Shown: piece after piece, positions 19,461-28,477 of the stretch | How positions within the stretch are numbered: the first letter of the stretch is position 1 | Layout: every line of letters starts with the position of its first letter | Assembly: GCA_965662235.1 (NCBI GenBank) | Contig: CBFIGY010000001.1 | Location: 128,001-192,000 of the forward strand | Length of the DNA: 64,000 bases | DNA from: an uncultured bacterium | GTDB taxonomy: Bacteria > SAR324 > NAC60-12 | Direction of reading: 5' to 3' | Made by a program: the position numbers and the translations under genes | The notes under the pieces: generated by a model | Databases searched by the model: none | What the model saw: only the letters and a program-made list of their open reading frames with translations | Told to the model about the DNA's origin: nothing

Positions 19461-20906
19461 TCAGACGGAGGAGGTCCGGGTACGGAGGTGGAGGATCACG
19501 CAGAGGCCGGGGTGGTTGTCGGTCAAGGTGAGGTGTCCGCCGTGCAGGTTCACAATCGCCTGCACCAGGCTGAGGCCCAAGCCGGCCCCTGGACGATAGC
19601 GACTTTGATCCAACCGATAGAAGCGCTGGAGCACCTTCTCTCGCTCAGCCTCCGGAATGCCGGGCCCGTTGTCCCTGACCGCCAGCTGAACGGCTTCCCC
19701 GTGCTGCGTGATGTGGATTTCGACCTGAGCCGGTGGGGTCGTGTGCAGCAGTGCATTGTTGACCAGGTTGACCAATCCCTGAGCCAGCAGTCCTGCGTCG
19801 CCGTCCACCCAAACGGGCACCGGAGGGGAACTGAAGTGCAGCCCGTGCCCCATTTCTTCAGCCACCGGAGAGAGCATTTCATGGATGTCGTGCCCGACCT
19901 CACAGAGGTCAACCGGCGTGGTTTCCAGAACCAAGGCGCCTGTTTCCATCTGAGAGAGCTGCAGGATGGCCTCAAAGCTAACGGCCATCTGCCTGAGGCT
20001 GTCGAGCGAGGCGACAATGGCCTGCTGAGTTTCCTCGGGCAGATCGGTCCGGAGTGCCTGAGGCTCAAGGCGCAGGCGGAGTCGAGTCAAGGGAGACCGC
20101 AGGTCGTGGGCGATGTCAGCAGACACCTGAGCAAGGCGCTCCACGTTGGCTTCCAGGCGTTCAAACATCTGGTTGAGTCCAGCGCCCACCTGTCCCAAAT
20201 CGTCAGCCACCGGCTTCTCTTCTCGGTAGCGGGCCTTGAAGTCACCGGATGCCACTGCAGCAAGAACCTGGTTGAGCTGTGCAACCCGGCGGGCGTCTCG
20301 ACGAGCCATGGCAAACGCCGGAATCATCGTCAGCAGGAAGGCGGCGCCTAGGCCCCAGGCGAGGAATTGCACCACCACCTGCTGACTCCTGACCACCCGT
20401 TGCCGGTCACGAGCCACCACGATCATGCCCTGGGGGGTCTGCACTCCCAGCACGAGGTAGGTTTCCTCGTCGTCGCTGCCCCGCTCAGAGTCCGTTTCTG
20501 GCTCCGCCACTCCGTTGGCCGTCTCTGCCATGCCAAAGTCCTGACCGGGCGTGAGGATGCGGACTCCGGAGAAGGGACGGATCCAGGCGATGTCTCCCAC
20601 AGACGTGCCTCCTGTGGGAGCAAAGAAGTACAGGGTCTCATGAGAGTCATTGATCTCGCTGAGGGCCTGGATGTACCGAGACAGCGCCTCTGGCCCGGAT
20701 TTCTGCAGATTCGCCTCCAGTCCATTCGCCAGAGCCTGTGCGTCTTCAACGAGGCGCTGCTCCAGTTCGTTTCCAAGAATCGACCCAGATGCCATCCCGG
20801 CCAAGAGTCCGGTTCCGCTGAACAGGCAGGAAAGCAAAAGGGCCAGGCGGAGGGCAGAGGAGGTCCGGACCTGCCTCCAGATCCGGAAGGGGGTCTGCGA
20901 CATCAC
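19461..20906 (-). CDS. Membrane sensor histidine kinase (HAMP + HisKA + HATPase)
   Basis: Two transmembrane segments, H-box AHDLRSPL, N-box LVNNALLH, DNGPGIP and GAGLGL. Confidence 0.95.
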   Translation of the reverse strand: MMSQTPFRIWRQVRTSSALRLALLLSCLFSGTGLLAGMASGSILGNELEQRLVEDAQALANGLEANLQKSGPEALSRYIQALSEINDSHETLYFFAPTGGTSVGDIAWIRPFSGVRILTPGQDFGMAETANGVAEPETDSERGSDDEETYLVLGVQTPQGMIVVARDRQRVVRSQQVVVQFLAWGLGAAFLLTMIPAFAMARRDARRVAQLNQVLAAVASGDFKARYREEKPVADDLGQVGAGLNQMFERLEANVERLAQVSADIAHDLRSPLTRLRLRLEPQALRTDLPEETQQAIVASLDSLRQMAVSFEAILQLSQMETGALVLETTPVDLCEVGHDIHEMLSPVAEEMGHGLHFSSPPVPVWVDGDAGLLAQGLVNLVNNALLHTTPPAQVEIHITQHGEAVQLAVRDNGPGIPEAEREKVLQRFYRLDQSRYRPGAGLGLSLVQAIVNLHGGHLTLTDNHPGLCVILHLRTRTSSV

Positions 20907-21574
20907 GGCTCCAGCACGTACCCCACGCCATAGAGCGTCTTCAGGAGCGGGGGATCAAAGGGTTTGTCAATCTTGTTGCGGAGCCGACTGATGTGGGTTT
21001 CCACAACACTGGTCTGAGGATCGAAGTGAATGCCCCAGACGGCATCCAGCAGCATGGTCTTGGTCTGAATGCGGCCTGGGTGTTCCATGAACAGCTTGAG
21101 CATGAGGAACTCCTTGGGGTGCAGCTCAATCCGGACGCCTTCTCGCACAGCCGTGCGTGCCATGAGGTCCAGGTGCAGCGGCCCCACTGTGAGCTCGGTG
21201 ACTTCCTTTTGCAGCTTGGGACGGCGGGCAATGGTGGCAATGCGGGCAGAGAGTTCTACCATGGCAAAGGGTTTGACGATGTAGTCGTCTGCCCCGGCCT
21301 TCAGGCCCTCCACCCGGTCGTGCACACTTCCCAGAGCGGTCAAAAAGATGATGGGCACTTCCACCTGAGCCAGCCGGAGGGACTTGACCAGCGAGAGCCC
21401 ATCCAGTTCCGGCATCATGCGGTCAATGATCAGCAGATCATAGTCTCCGTTTGACACCTGCACCAGCGCTTCACGACCACTGACCACATGATCCACCAGG
21501 TGCCCTTCTTCCGCGAGTCCCTTGCGAATGAAACTCCCGGTTTCGTGGTCGTCTTCAGCCACCAAAATCTTCAT
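20903..21574 (-). CDS. OmpR-family response regulator (CusR/CopR-like)
   Basis: MKILVAEDD, DRMMP.LDG, GADDYIVKPF and winged helix VETHISRLRNKID...GVGYVL. Confidence 0.95.
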   Translation of the reverse strand: MKILVAEDDHETGSFIRKGLAEEGHLVDHVVSGREALVQVSNGDYDLLIIDRMMPELDGLSLVKSLRLAQVEVPIIFLTALGSVHDRVEGLKAGADDYIVKPFAMVELSARIATIARRPKLQKEVTELTVGPLHLDLMARTAVREGVRIELHPKEFLMLKLFMEHPGRIQTKTMLLDAVWGIHFDPQTSVVETHISRLRNKIDKPFDPPLLKTLYGVGYVLEP

Positions 21575-21658
21575 GAGGCGTTTCCTTGCTGCCAATGGTC
21601 CCTTCTGAATTGCCTCCAGCAAAGGGGGGCTTCAGAAGGGGGAGGGGTTCATCCGGGG

Positions 21659-22288
21659 TCAGTCTGCGACCTCTGATCCCCCAGCGTCCTTGTCAATTTC
21701 CACCGTCACTGGCGCAAATCCGGCGACCTGCAACTCCACCGTGAAGCGCTTGGCGGCCTGGCTGGTGGCATAGATTGAGTTGGGGTTGGCCCGGAAGTGT
21801 CCAGGAAGCTGACCTTCATCGAAGTGCAGCCGAGCGGTTCCTTGAGCCGGCACGGTGAACCCGGAAAGCTGCTTATGGTAAGCCTCGGTTTCTCCATTGT
21901 CCATGTCGGTGATGGTGTAGTAGATGGAGAAATCCGTCAGAGGGGTGGATTGAGAATTGACGACCTGCAGCTCTAGGTGGTCGGAAACGTCTTTGCGGGC
22001 AACCGGGTCATAGTTGTTTTCCACCAGGGCTTCTTCAATGCGGAAGGGAGCCGGCTGTCCACCCGGTTGCGGAGCAGGTGCCGCAAAGGCTGCCTGATCG
22101 TCTTTGAGGTCTCCAACACCATCTCCATCGGTGTCGGGTTGCAGTGGATCGGCGTGCATCAGCGCCTCAGCCGAATCCGGGATGCCGTCTCCATCGGTGT
22201 CTAGGGCAGCCCAGGCAGGAGCCGCTGTTCCCAGAGCTAGGGCGAGCAGAGCGGAAACAAATGGGGTCTTGTTTGAGAACTTCAACAT
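21659..22288 (-). CDS. Secreted protein with two DxDxDG (TSP3-like Ca-binding) repeats and a beta-rich domain
   Basis: Signal peptide ending AWA. DTDGDGIPD...DPLQPDTDGDGVGD. Confidence 0.8.
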   Translation of the reverse strand: MLKFSNKTPFVSALLALALGTAAPAWAALDTDGDGIPDSAEALMHADPLQPDTDGDGVGDLKDDQAAFAAPAPQPGGQPAPFRIEEALVENNYDPVARKDVSDHLELQVVNSQSTPLTDFSIYYTITDMDNGETEAYHKQLSGFTVPAQGTARLHFDEGQLPGHFRANPNSIYATSQAAKRFTVELQVAGFAPVTVEIDKDAGGSEVAD

Positions 22289-22292
22289 GAGT

Positions 22293-23282
22293 CTATTCCT
22301 GTGAAAGTCGAGTGGGGTTGAGAGGATGAACGAGCAAAAGGAGCGTCCACCCGAGGGAAGTGAAAAAGATCCAGAAAAAATCCCCCTGTTTTTCGGTTAG
22401 GATCGGACCGAGGGGCTTGCCGGCATAGGAATCCTTGATTCCCAGAACGGCGAAGGAGAAGCGTTCAAAGTGTTTGGTCAGAGAGGAAGCCTCAATGCCA
22501 TTCCGGATGGTTTCAAAGGAGGCGTAGCCCTTCATGATGCGGTCCTGTGCCGGCTTGGGCACATTCAGCTGCTGGAAGACACCGCCTGCCACCTGATTGT
22601 CCGGATCCAGCGTGTCACCGATCTGAGGCGCAATCAGGACCACCAGCAGCCAGGCCATGAACGCGATCAACAAAGCATGGGCCGGACGCCGCACCCAGAG
22701 GGTCAGCACAAAGGTGAAGCTGTAGAAGGCCAGGACGTAGCACGAAGCCACTCCCCAGACGAGCGTGATCCGGAGCACGTCATCAGCACTCAGGCCCACT
22801 CCGGAAATCAACTGCAGCATCAAAGTCGCCAAGGCAAACACCACAAAGAAGCCTCCGGACAGCAACAGAACGCCGGCCAAGTACTTCCCAGCTAGAAACT
22901 GCCACCGCTGGAGCGGACGCGTCAGGATCAGCGCAAGCGTCTGACGTCCCCGTTCGCTGGCCGCCGTCCGGAACCCGGACAAAATTCCCAGCACGGCACC
23001 TAGGATTTCAATCTGCTCAATCGCCCCACGCAGGAGCTTCAGCGGGTGAAAATCAGGTGCGGTGATGGCGTCCAGCGACTTGCCTAGGGCCAGCAAGGTG
23101 GTTCGTGCTTCCTGATAAGCCGCCACCTCAGCAGCCAGCGCCAGGGCTCCAGTGATCAGCGAAACGAGCGTCGCTAGGGCCAAGCAGGCGGTCAGGATCC
23201 CGATGAAACGGTCGCGGCTCGCATCTGAAAGGTCCTTCTGAGCAACGGCTCTGATGGGATGAAGGGAAGCGTTACGCATCAT
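22293..23282 (-). CDS. ABC-2 type (NosY-like) transporter permease
   Basis: Multi-TM protein with the ERGRQTLALILTRPL.R..FLAGK motif. Confidence 0.85.
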   Translation of the reverse strand: MMRNASLHPIRAVAQKDLSDASRDRFIGILTACLALATLVSLITGALALAAEVAAYQEARTTLLALGKSLDAITAPDFHPLKLLRGAIEQIEILGAVLGILSGFRTAASERGRQTLALILTRPLQRWQFLAGKYLAGVLLLSGGFFVVFALATLMLQLISGVGLSADDVLRITLVWGVASCYVLAFYSFTFVLTLWVRRPAHALLIAFMAWLLVVLIAPQIGDTLDPDNQVAGGVFQQLNVPKPAQDRIMKGYASFETIRNGIEASSLTKHFERFSFAVLGIKDSYAGKPLGPILTEKQGDFFWIFFTSLGWTLLLLVHPLNPTRLSQE

Positions 23283-24231
23283 AACCTCCTTGGGTTCGGT
23301 CCAGCATGTTCACCGAGCGAACCGCATACAGCGTCACAAGGGTCAGCGCTAGGAGCAGACTCGGTAGCGGTGGAATCCACGCCTGCACCGGAACTCCGGA
23401 AGGCAGGTAACCGAGCAACTTGGCAGAGAGGTACTTGAAGCTCTCGGCAATGGACACCGAACCAACCAGCGCCCCCGTCCAGTGAAAGAACGGAGCGTCC
23501 GGAGGCAGAGCAAGCGCCGAGATGGGGTTGATCGCTGCGGTAGGGTGCACATTGGCCGTCAGCGAAGGAAAGATAAAGGTCACCGTCAGCCAGACTGTCA
23601 CCGGAACCAACAGCCCTACTGATTCGGAACGCCCTCTGGCAGCCACTCCCAAAGCCAACAGCCCGAAGAGCAACTGGTAGCCGTAGGCCAGCCCCAGAAA
23701 GAGAGCAAGGTGCCCCCAGTCGGCTGGAGACAAGCGGACTTGAGGCAGCAGCAAAAACGTCCCAGCCGCAATCACCGAAGCCACTCCCATGAGCATTCCT
23801 TCGGCTCCCACCAGGGCGACCACCTTCCCCAGCGTGTACTCACGAGGCGCCAGGGGGCGGGATCCAATCAGAGGCAGGACCGATGACTTGCGGTCCATTG
23901 CCACCAGCTGGTGTCCAATGACAATGGAGGCAAGAGCCCCAATCAAGCTGACGTAGATCGCCAGGTTCCGCATCAGCCCCAACGCCGACTGCTCCTGTAC
24001 CGGGTTGGGCGGAAGGGGTTGCCCCTGCGCGCTCAGGTACCCGATGGCGTCATGGTAGATCCGGTTGACCGTGTCGGTCGCCGACCAGCCTAGGTACGCC
24101 GATACCAGCACCAGCAGCACAAAGAGAACCGCCAGCAGCAGCACCGTGCGGTCCCGTAGCACCTCCAACAGGGACTGCTGGGCGATCGTCCAGGCCGGTT
24201 GTGGACGGGACCGGTTCAGCAGAAGTTTCAT
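23272..24231 (-). CDS. ABC-2 type transporter permease
   Basis: Multi-TM protein with DRKSSVLPLIGSRPL...LGK; a paralogue of the next permease. Confidence 0.85.
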   Translation of the reverse strand: MKLLLNRSRPQPAWTIAQQSLLEVLRDRTVLLLAVLFVLLVLVSAYLGWSATDTVNRIYHDAIGYLSAQGQPLPPNPVQEQSALGLMRNLAIYVSLIGALASIVIGHQLVAMDRKSSVLPLIGSRPLAPREYTLGKVVALVGAEGMLMGVASVIAAGTFLLLPQVRLSPADWGHLALFLGLAYGYQLLFGLLALGVAARGRSESVGLLVPVTVWLTVTFIFPSLTANVHPTAAINPISALALPPDAPFFHWTGALVGSVSIAESFKYLSAKLLGYLPSGVPVQAWIPPLPSLLLALTLVTLYAVRSVNMLDRTQGGYDA

Positions 24232-24977
24232 GCGGCCTCCCCGTTTGCAGCAAGGGGAACCACTGAGAGGTAAAGCGCTTCCAGCGCCGAGTCATCGCCA
24301 TACCGCTCCGTCACCTTTTCCAGGGTGTCGTGAAACACCATCTGCCCGTGGTTCAGGACCCCGATTGAGGTGCAGGTCTTGGCAATCTCGGAGATGAGGT
24401 GGGTGTTCATGAAGATCGTCATGCCCCACTCCTGGTTGAGGCGCACAATCAGGCTCCGCAGCGTCTTCATGCCCATCGGGTCCAGCCCGGAAGAAGGCTC
24501 GTCCAAAAACAGCACCTCCGGACGATGCAGAATGGCCTGGGCCAGCCCCACCCGTTGTCGCATGCCCTTGGAAAAGGTTCCCACCCGACGGTCCGCTAGG
24601 TCTTCAATCGCCAGGAACCTCAACGCCTCCTCCACCGAGGCCACCTCGTCTTCCAATCCGGAGAGGCGCGCGAAGAAGGTCAGGTTTTCTCGGGTGGTCA
24701 GGGTATCGTAGAGCCGTACATTCTCCGGGACATACCCAATGGCGCGGCGGACGCTCAGGGGGTCCGCCAAGAGGTCGTGTCCCGCAACCCAAGCCTGCCC
24801 TGAGGCGGGAGCTGCCAACGTTGTCAGCATCTGGATGGTGGTCGTTTTGCCGGCTCCGTTGTGTCCCAAGAACCCGAACACCTCTCCTGCGGCCACAGAA
24901 AAGGTCAGGTTCTTCACCGCCTCAAAGTCCCCAAAAGACTGGCTCAGGCGACGTGTTTCAATCGCAGGTGGTTGCAT
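24228..24977 (-). CDS. ABC exporter ATP-binding protein
   Basis: GHNGAGKTT, FSKGMRQR, LFLDEP and H-loop. Start placed at MQPPAIE. Confidence 0.95.
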   Translation of the reverse strand: MQPPAIETRRLSQSFGDFEAVKNLTFSVAAGEVFGFLGHNGAGKTTTIQMLTTLAAPASGQAWVAGHDLLADPLSVRRAIGYVPENVRLYDTLTTRENLTFFARLSGLEDEVASVEEALRFLAIEDLADRRVGTFSKGMRQRVGLAQAILHRPEVLFLDEPSSGLDPMGMKTLRSLIVRLNQEWGMTIFMNTHLISEIAKTCTSIGVLNHGQMVFHDTLEKVTERYGDDSALEALYLSVVPLAANGEAA

Positions 24978-25093
24978 GATCAATCCGTTTGTCAAGGGTT
25001 GCTTGCCATCGTGGCAAGGACGCCTGTGTGGCTCCAGTGCCACGCTCTGGTGAGCAGTATGACGCAGGATCTTCTGCACTTTCTGGCAGGATT

Positions 25094-25109
25094 CTTACAC
25101 GTGTGTAAG
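25094..25109. promoter_or_regulatory. Palindromic operator CTTACAC-GT-GTGTAAG upstream of the ABC/TCS operon
   Basis: Perfect 7-bp inverted repeat with a TTACA-N4-TGTAA core, similar to boxes of CusR/CopR-type regulators. Confidence 0.6.
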
Positions 25110-25227
25110 CATTGAGTTTCCTCGCCTTTTCGACTCCGGAGGGGGCTCCTTCCCTGAGCTCGTGACAGCGCCCCAGCTTCCTTCCGGAGCCTCCTTTTTT
25201 CGACGGAATCAGGCTGCTCGCTTCCCC

Positions 25228-25252
25228 CTGACAGAATTGTCACAATTGTCAG
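25228..25252. promoter_or_regulatory. TGACA-N4-TGTCA palindrome with a tandem AATTGTCA repeat
   Basis: CTGACAGAATTGTCACAATTGTCAG in the divergent intergenic region, followed by an AT-rich tract at about 25255-25335. Confidence 0.55.
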
Positions 25253-25348
25253 AAAACGTATTTATTGTTAACCCATCAAACAAACCCAACTCTTAAAAAA
25301 TAAATTTATCTTCAGTTGTTTATAAAAAATTTTCCGCAACTTCCCTGA

Positions 25349-25364
25349 TGGCAAGCAAGTTGTA
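25349..25364 (+). promoter_or_regulatory. Possible non-canonical sigma54 promoter of urtA
   Basis: TGGCAAGCAAGTTGTA has a good -24 element (TGGCA) but GT instead of GC at -12. Confidence 0.4.
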
Positions 25365-25460
25365 GCAGAGGGGGTCAAGAGGCGCCCTTGTGATTTTTGT
25401 TTGGGGGAGCAGAGCACAGGGTGTCCTCTTCTTGCTCATCCTCATTACTCAAGGAATTTC

Positions 25461-26762
25461 ATGTTGACGCGAAACTCGTTTCTCAAGCGGACAGGAGGGC
25501 TGCTCGCTTCCCTCGGATTGGTGCTTTCAGGAGCAGGGCTGGCTCAGGCGCAAGAGACCATCAAGGTTGGGGTGCTGCACTCGCTTTCTGGCACCATGGC
25601 CATCAGTGAAACCACGCTCAAGGACACCGTGCTCATGCTCGTTGATGAGCAAAACAAGAAGGGGGGACTGCTGGGCAAGAAGCTCGAGGCGGTGGTGGTC
25701 GATCCGGCTTCCAACTGGCCGCTGTTTGCCGAGAAGGCTCGGGAGCTGCTGGAAGTGGATCAGGCGTCAGTGGTCTTCGGGTGCTGGACGTCTGTCTCCC
25801 GCAAGTCCGTCCTCCCCGTCTTTGAGGAGCTCAACGGCCTGCTCTTCTACCCGGTTCAGTATGAGGGAGAGGAATCTTCCAAGAACGTCTTCTACACCGG
25901 TGCCGCTCCGAATCAGCAGGCGATCCCGGCTGTGGACTACCTGATGAACGAGCTGGGAGTGGAGCGTTGGGTGCTCGCCGGCACCGACTACGTCTACCCA
26001 CGGACCACCAACAAGATCCTGGAGCAGTACCTCAAGGACAAAGGGGTTGCCGAGGAAGACATCATGATCAACTACACCCCCTTCGGGCACTCCGACTGGC
26101 AGACGATTGTTTCCCAGATCAAGGAGTTCGGTTCTGCCGGCAAGAAGACCGGAGTGGTCTCCACCATCAACGGCGATGCCAACGTCCCGTTCTACAAGGA
26201 ACTGGGCAACCAAGGCATTCAGGCAGAGGACATTCCGGTGGTCGCCTTCTCTGTTGGCGAAGAGGAGCTGTCTGGCTTTGACACCGGCCCCCTGGTGGGA
26301 CACCTTGCTGCCTGGAACTACTTCATGAGTGTTGACTCAGAAGCCAACTATGCCTTCATCGACAAGTGGCACGACTTCATTGGCAGTGACAAACGCGTCA
26401 CCAACGACCCCATGGAAGCACACTACATCGGCTTCAACATGTGGGTCCAGGCTGTGGAGAAGGCCGGAACCACCGACGTCGACGCAGTCCGGGAAGCCAT
26501 GTACGGCCTGACCTTCCCGAACCTGACCGGCGGAGTGGCCGTCATGAACACCAACCACCACCTCACCAAGCCCGTTCTGATTGGCGAAATCCAAGCCGAT
26601 GGTCAGTTTGAAACCGTCTGGCAGACGCCCGGAGGCGTGATTGGAGACGCTTGGTCCGACTACCTCCCAGAGAGTAAGGTCATTGTTGCCGACTGGACCC
26701 CACCCATTTCCTGCGGCAACTACAACCTCAAGTCCGGCGTGTGTTCTGGCCAGAACTACTGA
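25461..26762 (+). CDS. urtA: Urea ABC transporter substrate-binding protein
   Basis: IKVGVLHSLSGTMAISE, DPASNWPLFAEKA, GCWTSVSRK, YPVQYEG, GAAPNQQ and DYVYPRT. Confidence 0.97.
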   Translation: MLTRNSFLKRTGGLLASLGLVLSGAGLAQAQETIKVGVLHSLSGTMAISETTLKDTVLMLVDEQNKKGGLLGKKLEAVVVDPASNWPLFAEKARELLEVDQASVVFGCWTSVSRKSVLPVFEELNGLLFYPVQYEGEESSKNVFYTGAAPNQQAIPAVDYLMNELGVERWVLAGTDYVYPRTTNKILEQYLKDKGVAEEDIMINYTPFGHSDWQTIVSQIKEFGSAGKKTGVVSTINGDANVPFYKELGNQGIQAEDIPVVAFSVGEEELSGFDTGPLVGHLAAWNYFMSVDSEANYAFIDKWHDFIGSDKRVTNDPMEAHYIGFNMWVQAVEKAGTTDVDAVREAMYGLTFPNLTGGVAVMNTNHHLTKPVLIGEIQADGQFETVWQTPGGVIGDAWSDYLPESKVIVADWTPPISCGNYNLKSGVCSGQNY

Positions 26763-26778
26763 CCCTGCCACTCCCTTC

Positions 26779-26804
26779 CTCCTCCAGCCTCCGGGTTGGA
26801 GGAG
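26779..26804 (+). terminator. Stem-loop after urtA (mRNA stabiliser or partial terminator)
   Basis: CTCCTCCAGCC-TCCG-GGTTGGAGGAG, an 11-bp stem with one G-U pair. Confidence 0.55.
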
Positions 26805-26884
26805 CCCCGTTTCTTGACCATCCCCAACTGAGACGGACCTGATTCGTCTCCCATCCGAGGTTTTTTGTGAGGCAGAATTCCCCG

Positions 26885-28477
26885 ATGGGACTCCGAATCC
26901 TGATCAGCCTACTGCTGTGGCTGACCAGCCTTTCCGGAGTCTCAGCACAATCCCTAGAAAGTCGTCTTCAGGCCCTAGACGCTCGGAGCTTTTCCGCTAA
27001 AGAACAGGCCATTGGTCAACTCGTCGCTCTTGGAGACGGTGCGGTTTTGCCAGCCCTAAGGGCCATGCTGGATGGCAAGCTGTACGTCCAGAAAGCAAGC
27101 AAGCGCGTGGTCATTGCCGAAGAGGCACCAGGCCGCAACTACGCCCTCCGGGACGCTCTCAGCGAAGAAGTCCTCGGCGAAGTGTCCCGCCGGGAGGTTT
27201 CGAAGATCCGCATCAACAACTCCCTCCGTACCGTTCTGCGGGGCGCCATTGCCGAACTGGGCCTCTTCAGTCCCCGTCCAGAGGTACGGCAGGCGGCAGC
27301 GCTCGAGATGCTCAACCAGCCCTCAGCTGAAACCCTAGCGCTGCTGGAACGGGTTCAGCAAAAGGAACAGGACCCCGACGTCCAGGCAACACTCCGGTTG
27401 GGCTGGGCCGCATCAGCGTTGCCATTCGGAACCCCGGACCAGCAGCTGGAGGCTGCTGACATCCTGGGCGGGACCCTAGAACGCGAAGCCTTCGTTTTGC
27501 TTCAGCAGAACCGAGACCGCGCTTCTGGCGCCCTCCAGGTGGCCATTGACGACGCGCTGGAACGCATTGAGCTGAAGCGCTGGCTGAGCGGATTGGTGGA
27601 GCTGGGCTTTTTCGGACTCAGCCTTGGGGCTGTGCTGCTGCTGACGGCTGTGGGCCTCGCCATTACCTTTGGCGTCATGGGGGTCATCAACATGGCCCAC
27701 GGCGAGATGATCATGCTGGGGGCCTACACCACCTTCGTCATTCAGCAGCTCTTTCCAGACTGGATCGACGCTTCCCTGTTCCTCGCCGTTCCTGCGGCCT
27801 TCCTGGTGTCCGGAGGCGTCGGCGTCCTGATTGAACGCACCGTCATCCGGGCGCTGTATGGCCGTCCGCTTGAAACGCTGCTCGCCACCTTTGGCATCAG
27901 CCTCGCGCTGCAGCAGGCCGTCCGGTCGATCTTCGGTCCACTGAATCAGTCGGTGCTGACACCCAGCTGGATGCAGGGCACCTGGAAGCTGAACGGGGTG
28001 CTGGAGTTCACCTTCAACCGCATCACAATCATCCTGTTGGTGCCGCTGCTGCTGGCGGGGCTCATGCTCTTGCTCAAGCGCAGCTCCTTTGGACTGCAGA
28101 TGCGGGCCGTAACCCAAAACCGTTCCATGGCCGCCAGCATGGGCATCCGGACCGACTGGGTCGATGCCCTGACGTTTGGCTTGGGGTCCGGGATTGCCGG
28201 AGTGGCCGGAGTCGCCATCAGTCAGCTTACCAACGTCGGCCCCAATCTGGGACAGTCCTACATCATCGACTCCTTCATGGTGGTTGTCTTCGGAGGCGTG
28301 GGGAACCTGTGGGGCACCCTGGTGGGCGCTCTCACTCTGGGCATGGTCAACAAGCTCCTGGAGCCTCTCTCCGGAGCCGTCATGGCCAAGATCCTGGTGC
28401 TGGTCTTCATCATCCTGTTCATTCAAAAGCGCCCGCGCGGACTGTTCGCGCTCAAGGGACGATTCGTGGAGGCCTGA
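26885..28477 (+). CDS. urtB: Urea ABC transporter permease
   Basis: Periplasmic N-terminal domain, then GLAITFGVMGVINMAHGE, LYGRPLETLLAT and YIIDSFMVVVFGGVG. Confidence 0.95.
   Translation: MGLRILISLLLWLTSLSGVSAQSLESRLQALDARSFSAKEQAIGQLVALGDGAVLPALRAMLDGKLYVQKASKRVVIAEEAPGRNYALRDALSEEVLGEVSRREVSKIRINNSLRTVLRGAIAELGLFSPRPEVRQAAALEMLNQPSAETLALLERVQQKEQDPDVQATLRLGWAASALPFGTPDQQLEAADILGGTLEREAFVLLQQNRDRASGALQVAIDDALERIELKRWLSGLVELGFFGLSLGAVLLLTAVGLAITFGVMGVINMAHGEMIMLGAYTTFVIQQLFPDWIDASLFLAVPAAFLVSGGVGVLIERTVIRALYGRPLETLLATFGISLALQQAVRSIFGPLNQSVLTPSWMQGTWKLNGVLEFTFNRITIILLVPLLLAGLMLLLKRSSFGLQMRAVTQNRSMAASMGIRTDWVDALTFGLGSGIAGVAGVAISQLTNVGPNLGQSYIIDSFMVVVFGGVGNLWGTLVGALTLGMVNKLLEPLSGAVMAKILVLVFIILFIQKRPRGLFALKGRFVEA

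Noticed and set aside
19284..20351. 355-aa + strand ORF
   Set aside because: Antisense shadow of the histidine kinase.
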